Shown in pieces: positions 42,179-55,334 of a stretch of DNA of 64,000 nucleotides; position 1 is the stretch's first letter, and every line of letters begins with the position of its first letter. A program made the position numbers and the translations under genes. The stretch spans positions 558,001-622,000 of the forward strand of contig OZ025804.1 of NCBI GenBank assembly GCA_964019425.1. The letters are read 5' to 3'. The notes under the pieces are model-generated. The model was given only the letters and a program-made list of their open reading frames with translations, did not search any database and was not told the origin of the DNA. This DNA is from Flectonema sp. DT1601. Taxonomy: Eukaryota.

Positions 42179-43488
42179 CCGTTTATTCTTTTTTTTTATT
42201 TTAAATTCTTTTTTTTTATTTTTTAAAGAAAAAAAACGGAAGATAGAAATTAGTCGACAAAGTCGAACGATAAAAAAAAAAAAACAATGATAACATTAGT
42301 TATTCTTTTTTTTTATTTTTTTTTTATATTCTTTTTTATTAATTTTGAAAAAAAAAAAAACAATCAGTTTAGCGTCTTGACCAGGACGGAAAATAGAAAG
42401 TAATCGACATAGTCGATCGATAAAAAAAACAATGATAACATTGTTTATTCTATTTTTTTATTTTTTTTATTTTCTATTCATTTTTATTGATTTCGAAGAA
42501 AAAAAAAAAAAAACAATCAGTTTAGCGTCTTGACCAGGACGGAAAATAGAAAGTGATCGACATAGTCGATCGATAAAAAAACAATGATAACATTGTTTAT
42601 TCTTTTTTTTTTGTTTTTTTTTTTTTTATTCTTTTTATTTATTTTTTAAAGAAAAAACAATCAGTTTAGCGTCCTGACCAGGACGGAAAATAGAAAGTAA
42701 TCGACATAGTCGATCGATAAAAAACAATGATAACATTGTTTATTCTTTTTTTTTTTTTTTAAATTCTTTTTATTTATTTTTTTTTTTTTTTAAAGAAAAA
42801 AATGGAAAATAGAAATTAGTCGACAAAGTCGAACGATAAAAAAACAATGATAACATTGTTTATTCTATTTTTTTATTTTTTTTATTTTCTATTCATTTTT
42901 ATTGATTTCGAAGAAAAAAAAAAAAAAACAATCAGTTTAGCGTCTTGACCAGGACGGAAAATAGAAAGTGATCGACATAGTCGATCGATAAAAAAACAAT
43001 GATAACATTGTTTATTCTATTTTTTTATTTTTTTTATTTTCTATTCATTTTTATTGATTTCGAAGAAAAAAAAAAAAAAACAATCAGTTTAGCGTCTTGA
43101 CCAGGACGGAAAATAGAAAGTGATCGACATAGTCGATCGATAAAAAAACAATGATAACATTGTTTATTCTATTTTTTTATTTTTTTTATTTTCTATTCAT
43201 TTTTATTGATTTCGAAGAAAAAAAAAAAAAAACAATCAGTTTAGCGTCTTGACCAGGACGGAAAATAGAAAGTGATCGACATAGTCGATCGATAAAAAAC
43301 AATGATAACATTGTTTATTCTTTTTTTTTTTTTTTAAATTCTTTTTATTTATTTTTTTTTTTTTGGGAAAACCTACAGATCCACCCCCAGGTTTGGAGAA
43401 ACGTATACTACGGTCACGGCCTTGTGTAGCTTTTTTGACCTTTTTCCTAAATCGACAGCCCTCTATTCTGGGCGAGAAAATTTTCAAA

Positions 43489-43560
43489 TCCGTGATAGCG
43501 CAGTGGTGTTGGTGCCGGACTGAAGCCCTGGAGGTAGGAGGTTCGATTCCCTCGGGAGGA
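43489..43560 (+). tRNA. tRNA-like sequence (GAA/Phe anticodon), degenerate acceptor stem, intact Pol III boxes
   Basis: A box TAGCGCAGTGG, anticodon loop CTGAAGC and B box GGTTCGATTCC; 72 nt followed by T10. The acceptor stem pairs poorly. Confidence 0.6.
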
Positions 43561-43828
43561 TTTTTTTTTTCCGAAATTTTTTTTTCTGGGCATCTGTTCA
43601 TCGCTGTTACTCATTTTTTTTTAAGGCTTGTTAACTTTTAAATACTACCAACGTGGTGCAGCGTAGCAACGCAATGCCCTCGAGGTTTGTTATTAGCCAC
43701 AAATCATCGTTAGGGTTAAGCGTAATTAAGGTAAAGAGTATGCTGGGGACAGGTGAGTGATGACTGCAACCGACAACATGCAAGTCAGTGATCCAATTTT
43801 TTCGTTCAGCTTTTGGGGCCTGCAAACC

Positions 43829-43950
43829 CAGCCAAGCGTTCATAGCGACGTTGCTTTTGATCCTTCAATGTCGGCTCTTCCTAACCTAGACAAGCAGAAT
43901 TGTCACCCACTAACAGGACCGTCGTGAGACAGGTTTTACCCTACTGATGG
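43829..43950 (+). rRNA. LSU (28S) rRNA-derived fragment with internal deletions, not a functional gene
   Basis: gccaagcgttcatagcgacgttgc..gatccttc.atgtcggctcttcct..cacccactaa..gaccgtcgtgagacaggtt..ttaccctactgatg is the conserved domain V/VI LSU sequence. Confidence 0.9.
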
Positions 43951-45632
43951 TAAGTCAATTTTTTTCAAAGAATTGTTGATTTTAAGCAAGTAATTTGTAG
44001 GTGAAACCTACACTCTGCCGTATTACATTATACCCCGGTTTTGGTTTCCCAGGGCTCACGATTAATTCAAAGTTGAATAACTCGATTCCGTACTGCACTG
44101 AATGACAACACGGAAAAAGAGATGTGTATGCAGCTAAGTTAGAAACATTATTATAAAATATTTACGTCAATCGGGGTAGTCCCGTTTCTAGTCCCTGGTA
44201 TCTACGGTTCTCCGATCGGAGCCGTGATGCTACGCAACACATCTGCAGTGACTGTGCTTGACTATGTTAGCCTTTGAAGTAAGTCAGTCAATTATGGAGA
44301 CTGGATCACTCAGTCACCAGTGGTGGTTACTTTTTGATCGTGTTAGGGTTGCGTCCAAAACGATGGATTACTCTCTTATGTTAAAGTTTAACTTAACTTA
44401 AGGAAGAATTGCGCGATGACAGAAGGCTTCCAAGAGAGGTCCTAAGTCGAGTGGAAGTTTACACTATTGACCTTGAAGAACGACCCGCATGTGAATTTGA
44501 TGCAGGGTCTTTGTAAGGTTCTGGTGTGAGAATTTCGATAAAGTGGGAAGTAACGGACTGGGAGCTTTTGGCTCCTGCCCTATTCCCGATGTAAACTTTC
44601 TTTTTATTTTTTATTTTTTTTAACAGGCCCAAAGGGCGACAATGATGGTTGCTGACCAAGGAATAATATTCAAATGAATTTTCGTTTCAAAGTCCAAGTC
44701 TGCAATCATACCACTCGACAATTTGCGTCGTCTTCGATTTTGCGGATTTAAACACATATCCAGGGGTCAAAAAAGTTACACAAGGCCGTGACCGTAGTGT
44801 ACGTTTCCCCAAACCTGGGGGTGGATCTGTAGGTTTTCCCTTTTTTTTTTTAAAGAAAAAAATGGAAAATAGAAATTAGTCGACAAAGTCGAACGATAAA
44901 AAAACAATGATAACATTGTTTATTCTATTTTTTTATTTTTTTTATTTTCTATTCATTTTTATTGATTTCGAAGAAAAAAAAAAAAAAACAATCAGTTTAG
45001 CGTCTTGACCAGGACGGAAAATAGAAAGTGATCGACATAGTCGATCGATAAAAAAACAATGATAACATTGTTTATTCTTTTTTTTATTTTAAATTCTTTT
45101 TATTTATTTTTTAAAGAAAAAAACGGAAAATAGAAATTAGTCGACAAAGTCGAACGATAAAAAAAAACAATGATAACATTGTTTATTCTTTTTTTTTGTA
45201 TTTTTTTTTTATATTCTTTTTTATTAATTTTGAAAAAAAAAAACAATCAGTTTAGCGTCTTGACCAGGACGGAAAATAGAAAGTAATCGACATAGTCGAT
45301 CGATAAAAAAACAATGATAACATTGTTTATTCTTTTTTTTTTATTTTAAATTCTTTTTATTTATTTTTTAAAGAAAAAAAACGGAAAATAGAAATTAGTC
45401 GACAAAGTCGAACGATAGAAAAAAAACAATGATAACATTGTTTATTCTATTTTTTTGTATTTTTTTTAAATTCTTTTTTATTAATTTTGAAAAAAAAAAA
45501 CAATCAGTTTAGCGTCTTGACCAGGACGGAAAATAGAAAGTGATCGACATAGTCGATTGATAAAAAAAAACAATGATAATATTGTTTATTCTTTTTTTTT
45601 ATTTTAAATTCTTTTTATTAATTTTAAGCTTT

Positions 45633-48310
45633 TAAGCTTTTAAGGAGCTGAAAAGCAAAAAAAAAATCTAAGTGAGAAACACTTAGTAGAAACAATTCGT
45701 AGCTAATTAAGCTGAAAATAAAAAAATAAAAAATTTCTAAGTGAGAAATACTTAGCAACTTTTAGAACAAATATTTCAGTAAATAACCTGTAATGATTAA
45801 ACCATTACAAGTTTGATGTCAAAACTGACAAGGACTGAGTTGAATTACCAGGTGAGATTTGGACAGTTAGCTTTTGGCTAAGGCCCTCCCTGAAGAGCAA
45901 GAACAAAAAAACTACTCACACCTGAAGAAAACATACACAAAGAACACACTGTAAGCTGTGTGTGTATTTTGTGTTTGTCACAACAGGAGAGAAAAGAAAG
46001 AATGTCAAGGTTGGTCACCTTGCCTATCAACGCACAACATTGGTGGTCTCTACTAGACCCTGAGTGATCCCACTGGATCTCTCATCGTTCATAGTACCCT
46101 GTGTGAAGTTATAAAATCAAAGGTAAACTATGAACTACAAATGACTTAGCCTGTTATTATAATGCCACAGGCAGGCCCTGCATTCAGCAACTATCCAGCA
46201 GTGCTTGGATGTCCTGATCTTCTTCTAAAAAAAAGAAAGAAAAACAAAACTGTAGCTGGGATCACTCAGGATCAACAGACTACCAATGCTACCTGTTGTA
46301 CTTGCTCACTATGGGGGGTGATGCCAAACACCCAGAAGTACTTAACTAATTTCCTTCTTGCTGCCCAGGAGTTTCTGACCAGAACTAATAGAAAATAAAA
46401 AGTAGATGGGAAACAATAAAAAGTAAAATGGATATAACTGAAGTTAAACAAGACAAATGAGGTAACAGACCAGAACAGAAAGAGGATTGTAATAGAAGAT
46501 TACAAATAAAAAAAAATGCAAGTATCAACACATAATCAAGATACACCAGCAGCTAACAAACAACATAAAATTGAAGATCAGTTGCCAGAGTATTTCAACC
46601 ATGGTAGAATACTCGCCCCTCTGGCAGGGATTATCCCAGACTTGTCCTTTAATCTAGTTGGACACCATGGCTTACAACCCTTCCAGAGGGAAGCACCATT
46701 ATGACTTCTATTTTTTTTCTTCAAGAAAATCATAAGGGTGGTAACAAAGAAAAATGCTAAGAGGAACCCCTTATTAACACCTAAGACATCTAAACTGCAG
46801 CCCAGCTTATGCCCAATGCACTAACAGGTCATTCCCTCACACTCAGATCAAAAAATCAAAGTTCAGAGTGCATCTTAGCGTGAATGAGAGAATTTCCTTC
46901 CGCTTATTTTGAACAAAAGGGATAGGAGAAGGGATAGAAAACGAACATAAAAATAAGATTCTAAGTGAGAAACACTTAGCAGAAACACTTAGCAGCTTTT
47001 AAGGAGCTGAAAAGCAAAAAAAAAATCTAAGTGAGAAACACTTAGTAGAAACAATTCGTAGCTAATTAAGCTGAAAATAAAAAAATAAAAAATTTCTAAG
47101 TGAGAAATACTTAGCAACTTTTAGAACAAATATTTCAGTAAATAACCTGTAATGATTAAACCATTACAGGTTTGATGTCAAAACTGACAAGGACTGAGTT
47201 GAATTACCAGGTGAGATTTGGACAGTTAGCTTTTGGCTAAGGCCCTCCCTGAAGAGCAAGAACAGAAAAACTACTCACACCTGAAGAAAACATACACAAA
47301 GAACACACTGTAAGCTGTGTGTGTATTTTGTGTTTGTCACAACAGGAGAGAAAAGAAAGAATGTCAAGGTTGGTCACCTTGCCTATCAACGCACAACATT
47401 GGTGGTCTCTACTAGACCCTGAGTGATCCCACTGGATCTCTCATCGTTCATAGTACCCTGTGTGAAGTTATAAAATCAAAGGTAAACTATGAACTACAAA
47501 TGACTTAGCCTGTTATTATAATGCCACAGGCAGGCCCTGCATTCAGCAACTATCCAGCAGTGCTTGGATGTCCTGATCTTCTTCTAAAAAAAAGAAAGAA
47601 AAACAAAACTGTAGCTGGGATCACTCAGGATCAACAGACTACCAATGCTACCTGTTGTACTTGCTCACTATGGGGGGTGATGCCAAACACCCAGAAGTAC
47701 TTAACTAATTTCCTTCTTGCTGCCCAGGAGTTTCTGACCAGAACTAATAGAAAATAAAAAGTAGATGGGAAACAATAAAAAGTAAAATGGATATAACTGA
47801 AGTTAAACAAGACAAATGAGGTAACAGACCAGAACAGAAAGAGGATTGTAATAGAAGATTACAAATAAAAAAAAATGCAAGTATCAACACATAATCAAGA
47901 TACACCAGCAGCTAACAAACAACATAAAATTGAAGATCAGTTGCCAGAGTATTTCAACCATGGTAGAATACTCGCCCCTCTGGCAGGGATTATCCCAGAC
48001 TTGTCCTTTAATCTAGTTGGACACCATGGCTTACAACCCTTCCAGAGGGAAGCACCATTATGACTTCTATTTTTTTTCTTCAAGAAAATCATAAGGTGGT
48101 AACAAAGAAAAATGCTAAGAGGAACCCCCTATTAACACCTAAGACATCTAAACTGCAGCCCAGCCTATGCCCAATGCACTAACAGGTCATTCCCTCACAC
48201 TCAGATCAAAAAATCAAAGTTCAGAGTGCATCTTAGCGTGAATGAGAGAATTTCCTCCCGCTTATTTTGAACAAAAGGGATAGGAGAAGGGATAGAAAAC
48301 GAACATAAAA
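45633..48310 (+). repeat. Repeat family B, two head-to-tail copies, period 1359 bp
   Basis: Identical ORFs at 46162/47521 and 46516/47875. Confidence 0.95.
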
Positions 48311-51300
48311 ATATTTCCAGTTGCATTAGAATAAACAATGTTATCATTTTTTTTTTTTTTTTTTCATGTTTGATTATTTCCTCTTCATATTTTTTTTTTC
48401 TATTCTTTCTTTTTTTTAAAAAAAAAAAAAATAAAAAGAAAGTTTACATCGGGAATAGGGCAGGAGCCAAAAGCTCCCAGTCCGTTACTTCCCACTTTAT
48501 CGAAATTCTATTTTCCATTTTTTTCTTTAAAAAATAAATAAAAAGAATTTAAAATAAAAAAAAGAATAAACAATGTTATCATTGTTTTTTTTATCGATCG
48601 ACTATGTCGATTACTTTCTATTTTCCGTCCTGGTCAAGACGCTAAACTGATTGTTTTTTTTTTTTTTCAAAATTAATAAAAAAGAATATAAAAAAATAAA
48701 TAAAAAAAAGAATAACCAATGTTATCATTGTTTTTTTTTTTTTTATCGTTCGACTTTGTCGACTAATTTCTATTTTCCATTTTTTTTCTTTAAAAAATAA
48801 AAAAAAAGAATTTAAAATAAAAAAAAGAATAAACAATGTTATCATTGTTTTTTTTATCGATCGACTATGTCGATTACTTTCTATTTTCCGTCCTGGTCAA
48901 GACACTAAACTGATTGTTTTTTTTTTTTTTCTCAAAATTAATAAAAAAGAATACAAAAAAAAAAATTAAAAATAGAATAAACAATGTTATCATTGTTTTT
49001 TTTTTATCGTTCGACTTTGTCGACTAATTTCTATTTTCCGTTTTTTTTCTTTAAAAATAAATAAAAAGAATTTAAAATAAAAAAAAAGAATAAACAATGT
49101 TATCATTGTTTTTTTATCGATCGACTATGTCGATTACTTTCTATTTTCCGTCCTGGTCAAGACGCTAAACTGATTGTTTTTTTTTTTCAAAATTAAGAAT
49201 TTCGATAAAGTGGGAAGTAACGGACTGGGAGCTTTTGGCTCCTGCCCTATTCCCGATGTAAACTTTCTTTTTATTTTTATTTTTTTTTTAACAGGCCCAA
49301 AGGGCGACAATGATGGTTGCTGACCAAGGAATAATATTCAAATGAATTTTCGTTTCAAAGAAACGAACAGAATTAAGAGAGAGGCAGAGGAAAAAAAAAA
49401 AAAAAGAAAGAAAAGAAAAGAAAAAAAAAATGAAGAGGAAATAATCAAACATGAAAAAAAAAAAAAAAAAAATATATATATAAATAAAAAACGTTGTATG
49501 AAAAAGGAAAAAAAAGAAAAAAAAAAAGACCAGAAAAGGAAAGAGAAAATGAAAAGGTATAATATTATTGTGGGGATATGAGGGATAGCAGGGAGATGCT
49601 CTTTTTTTTTTTTTTTTTTTTTTTTTCTTATTTATTATTTAAAAAAAGGAAACAATCAGTTTAGCGTCTCGATCAGGACGGAAAATAGAAATTAATCGAC
49701 ATAGTTGATCGATAGAAAAAAAAACTATGATAACATTGTTTATTCATTTTTTTTTTTTTTTTTTTTTTTTAAATCTTTTTAATTATTTTAAAGAAAAAAC
49801 AATCAGTTTAGCGTCTTGACCAGGACGGAAAATAGTAAGTAATCGACATAGTCGATCGATAAAAAAAAAACAATGATAACATTGTTTATTCCTTTTTTTT
49901 TTTTTTTTATTCTTTTTATTTATTTTTAAAGAAAAAACAATCAGTTTAGCGTCCTGACCAGGACGGAAAATAGAAAGTAATCGACATAGTCGATCGATAA
50001 AAAAAACAATGATAACATTGTTTATTCTTTTTTTTTTTTTTTTATTTTAATTCTTTTTATTTATTTTTTAAAAAGAAAAAAAATGGAAAATAGAAATTAG
50101 TCAACAAAGTCGAACGATAAAAAAAAACAATGATAACACTGTTTATTCTTTTTTTTTTTATTTTTTTTATATTCTTTTTTATTAATTTTGAAAAAAAAAA
50201 CAATCAGTTTAGCGTCTTGACCAGGACGGAAAATAGAAAGTAATCGACATAGTCGATCGATAAAAAAACACAATGATAACATTGTTTATTCTTTTTTTTT
50301 TTTTTATTTTAAATTCTTTTTATTTATTTTTTAAAGAAAAAAAAACGGAAAATAGAAATTAGTCGACAAAGTCGAACGATAAAAAAAAACAATGATAACA
50401 TTGTTTATTCTTTTTTTTGTATTTTTTTATATTCTTTTTTATTAATTTTGAAAAAAAAACAATCGGTTTAGCGTCTTGACCAGGACTGAAAATAGAAAGT
50501 AATCGACATAGTCGATCGATAAAAAAAACAATGATAACATTGTTTATCCTTTTTTTTTTTTTTTAAAAAAGAATATAAAAAAAATACAAAAAAATAGAAT
50601 AAACAATGTTATCATTGTTTTTTTTCTATCGTTCGACTTTGTCGACTAATTTCTATTTTCCGTTTTTTTCTTTAAAAAATAAATAAAAAGAATTTAAAAT
50701 AAAAAAAAAGAATAAACAATGTTATCATTGTTTTTTTTTATCGTTCGACTTTGTCGACTAATTTCTATTTTCCGTTTTTTTTCTTTAAAAATAAATAAAA
50801 AGAATTAAAATAAAAAAAAAAAAAAAAGAATAAACAATGTTATCATTGTTTTTTTTATCGATCGACTATGTCGATTACTTTCTATTTTCCGTCCTGGTCA
50901 GGACGCTAAACTGATTGTTTTTTCTTTAAAAATAAATAAAAAGAATAAAAAAAAAAAAAAAAGGAATAAACAATGTTATCATTGTTTTTTTTTTATCGAT
51001 CGACTATGTCGATCACTTTCTATTTTCCGTCCTGGTCAAGACGCTCTGATTGTTTTTTTTTTTTTTTCTTCGAAATCAATAAAAATGAATAGAAAATAAA
51101 AAAAATAAAAAAATAGAATAAACAATGTTATCATTGTTTTTTTATCGTTCGACTTTGTCGACTAATTTCTATTTTCCGTTTTTTTTCTTTAAAAATAAAT
51201 AAAAAGAATTTAAAATAAAAAAAAAGAATAAACAATGTTATCATTGTTTTTTTATCGATCGACTATGTCGATTACTTTCTATTTTCCGTCCTGGTCAAGA

Positions 51301-52242
51301 CGCTAAACTGATTGTTTTTTTTTTTCAAAATTAATAAAAAAGAATATAAAAAAAAAATACAAAAAAAAAGAATAAACAATGTTATCATTGTTTTTTTTTA
51401 TCGTTCGACTTTGTCGACTAATTTCTATTTTCCGTTTTTTTCTTTAAAAAATAAATAAAAAAAAAGAATAAACAATGTTATCATTGTTTTTTTATCGATC
51501 GACTATGTCGATCACTTTCTATTTTCCGTCCTGGTCAAGACGCTCTGATTGTTTTTTTTTTTTTTTCTTCGAAATCAATAAAAATGAATAGAAAATAAAA
51601 AAAATAAAAAAATAGAATAAACAATGTTATCATTGTTTTTTTATCGTTCGACTTTGTCGACTAATTTCTATTTTCCGTTTTTTTTCTTTAAAAATAAATA
51701 AAAAGAATTTAAAATAAAAAAAAAGAATAAACAATGTTATCATTGTTTTTTTATCGATCGACTATGTCGATTACTTTCTATTTTCCGTCCTGGTCAAGAC
51801 GCTAAACTGATTGTTTTTTTTTCAAAATTAATAAAAAAGAATAGAAAAATAAAATAAAAAATAGAATAAACAATGTTATCATTGTTTTTTTTTATCGTTC
51901 GACTTTGTCGACTAATTTCTATTTTCCATTTTTTTCTTTAAAAATTAATAAAAAGAATTTAAAATAAAAAAAAAGAATAAACAATATTATCATTGTTTTT
52001 TTTTATCAATCGACTATGTCGATCACTTTCTATTTTCCGTCCTGGTCAAGACGCTAAACTGATTGTTTTTTTTTTTCAAAATTAATAAAAAAGAATATAA
52101 AAAAAATACAAAAAAATAGAATAAACAATGTTATCATTGTTTTTTTTCTATCGTTCGACTTTGTCGACTAATTTCTATTTTCCGTTTTTTTTCTTTAAAA
52201 AATAAATAAAAAGAATTTAAAATAAAAAAAAAAGAATAAACG

Positions 52243-52434
52243 GAATTTCGATAAAGTGGGAAGTAACGGACTGGGAGCTTTTGGCTCCTGCCCTATTCCC
52301 GATGTAAACTTTCTTTTTATTTTTATTTTTTTTTAACAGGCCCAAAGGGCGACAATGATGGTTGCTGACCAAGGAATAATATTCAAATGAATTTTCGTTT
52401 CAAAGAAACGAACAGAATTAAGAGAGAGGCAGAG

Positions 52435-52465
<31 letters not shown>

Positions 52466-55303
52466 GAAAGAAAAAAATGAAGAGGAAATAATCAAACATG
52501 AAAAAAAAAAAAAAGAAAAAATATATATATATAAATAAAAAACGTTGTATGAAAAAGGAAAAAAAAGAAAAAAAAAAAGACCAGAAAAGGAAAGAGAAAA
52601 TGAAAAGGTATAATATTATTGTGGGGATATGAGGGATAGCAGGGAGATGCTCTTTTTTTTTTTTTTTTTTTTTTCTTATTTATTATTTAAAAAAAGGAAA
52701 CAATCAGTTTAGCGTCTCGATCAGGACGGAAAATAGAAATTAATCGACATAGTCGATCGATAGAAAAAAAAAAAACAGTGATAACATTGTTTATTCATTT
52801 TTTTTTTTTTTTTTTTTTTAAATCTTTTTAATTATTTTAAAGAAAAAACAATCAGTTTAGCGTCTTGATCAGGACGGAAAATAGTAAGTAATCGACATAG
52901 TCGATCGATAAAAAAAAACAATGATAACATTGTTTATTCCTTTTTTTTTTTTTTTATTCTTTTTATTTATTTTTAAAGAAAAAACAATCAGTTTAGCGTC
53001 CTGACCAGGACGGAAAATAGAAAGTAATCGACATAGTCGATCGATAAAAAAAACAATGATAACATTGTTTATTCTTTTTTTTTTTTTTAATTTAATTCTT
53101 TTTATTTATTTTTAAAAAGAAAAAAAAATGGAAAATAGAAATTAGTCAACAAAGTCGAACGATAAAAAAAACAATGATAACATTGTTTATTCTTTTTTTT
53201 TTTTTTTTTTTTATATTCTTTTTTATTAATTTTGAAAAAAAAAACAATCAGTTTAGCGTCTTGACCAGGACGGAAAATAGAAAGTAATCGACATAGTCGA
53301 TCGATAAAAAAAACAATGATAACATTGTTTATTCTTTTTTTTTTTTTTAATTTAATTCTTTTTATTTATTTTTAAAAAGAAAAAAAAATGGAAAATAGAA
53401 ATTAGTCAACAAAGTCGAACGATAAAAAAAACAATGATAACATTGTTTATTCTTTTTTTTTGTTTTAATTTAATTCTTTTTATTTATTTTTAAAAAGAAA
53501 AAAAAATGGAAAATAGAAATTAGTCAACAAAGTCGAACGATAAAAAAAACAATGATAACATTGTTTATTCTTTTTTTTTTTTTTTTTTTTTATATTCTTT
53601 TTTATTAATTTTGAAAAAAAAAACAATCAGTTTAGCGTCTTGACCAGGACGGAAAATAGAAAGTAATCGACATAGTCGATCGATAAAAAAAACAATGATA
53701 ACATTGTTTATTCTTTTTTTTTTTTTTTTTTTAAATTCTTTTTATTTATTTTTTAAAGAAAAAAAACGGAAAATAGAAATTAGTCGACAAAGTCGAACGA
53801 TAAAAAAAAACAATGATAACATTGTTTATTCTATTTTTTTGTATTTTATGTTATCATTGTTTTTTTATCGATCGACTATGTCGATCACTTTCTATTTTCC
53901 GTCCTGGTCAAGACGCTAAACTGATTGTTTTTTTTTTTCAAAATTAATAAAAAAGAATATAAAAAAAAAATACAAAAAAAAAGAATAAACAATGTTATCA
54001 TTGTTTTTTTTTATCGTTCGACTTTGTCGACTAATTTCTATTTTCCGTTTTTTTCTTTAAAAAATAAATAAAAAGAATTTAAAATAAAAAAAAAGAATAA
54101 ACAATGTTATCATTGTTTTTTTATCGATCGACTATGTCGATTACTTTCTATTTTCCGTCCTGGTCAAGACGCTAAACTGATTGTTTTTTTTTTTCAAAAT
54201 TAATAAAAAAGAATATAAAAAAAAAATACAAAAAAAAAGAATAAACAATGTTATCATTGTTTTTTTTTATCGTTCGACTTTGTCGACTAATTTCTATTTT
54301 CCGTTTTTTTCTTTAAAAAATAAATAAAAAAAAAGAATAAACAATGTTATCATTGTTTTTTTATCGATCGACTATGTCGATCACTTTCTATTTTCCGTCC
54401 TGGTCAAGACGCTCTGATTGTTTTTTTTTTTTTTTCTTCGAAATCAATAAAAATGAATAGAAAATAAAAAAAATAAAAAAATAGAATAAACAATGTTATC
54501 ATTGTTTTTTTATCGTTCGACTTTGTCGACTAATTTCTATTTTCCGTTTTTTTTCTTTAAAAATAAATAAAAAGAATTTAAAATAAAAAAAAAGAATAAA
54601 CAATGTTATCATTGTTTTTTTATCGATCGACTATGTCGATTACTTTCTATTTTCCGTCCTGGTCAAGACGCTAAACTGATTGTTTTTTTTTCAAAATTAA
54701 TAAAAAAGAATAGAAAAATAAAATAAAAAATAGAATAAACAATGTTATCATTGTTTTTTTTTATCGTTCGACTTTGTCGACTAATTTCTATTTTCCATTT
54801 TTTTCTTTAAAAATTAATAAAAAGAATTTAAAATAAAAAAAAAGAATAAACAATATTATCATTGTTTTTTTTTATCAATCGACTATGTCGATCACTTTCT
54901 ATTTTCCGTCCTGGTCAAGACGCTAAACTGATTGTTTTTTTTTTTCAAAATTAATAAAAAAGAATATAAAAAAAATACAAAAAAATAGAATAAACAATGT
55001 TATCATTGTTTTTTTTCTATCGTTCGACTTTGTCGACTAATTTCTATTTTCCGTTTTTTTTCTTTAAAAAATAAATAAAAAGAATTTAAAATAAAAAAAA
55101 AAGAATAAACGGAATTTCGATAAAGTGGGAAGTAACGGACTGGGAGCTTTTGGCTCCTGCCCTATTCCCGATGTAAACTTTCTTTTTATTTTTATTTTTT
55201 TTTAACAGGCCCAAAGGGCGACAATGATGGTTGCTGACCAAGGAATAATATTCAAATGAATTTTCGTTTCAAAGAAACGAACAGAATTAAGAGAGAGGCA
55301 GAG

Positions 55304-55334
<31 letters not shown>

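Larger units (their letters stand above)
43365..44840. mobile_element. Non-autonomous TIR element, Mutator(MULE)-like, 1476 bp
   Basis: 76-bp TIRs (43365-43440 / 44765-44840) with GGGAAAACC...GGTTTTCCC ends. Inserted in a poly-T run: 13 T + 11 T versus 15 T in the empty homologous unit near 42780, implying a 9-bp TSD. Confidence 0.85.

Noticed and set aside
43829..43950. Functional rRNA gene or natural fragmented-LSU module
   Set aside because: Essential conserved segments are deleted, there is no flanking rDNA, and it lies inside a TIR element.
36124..48063. Repeated short ORFs (MPQAGPAFSNY..., MQVSTHNQD...)
   Set aside because: They recur only because repeat B recurs. Ends vary and no domain is recognisable.
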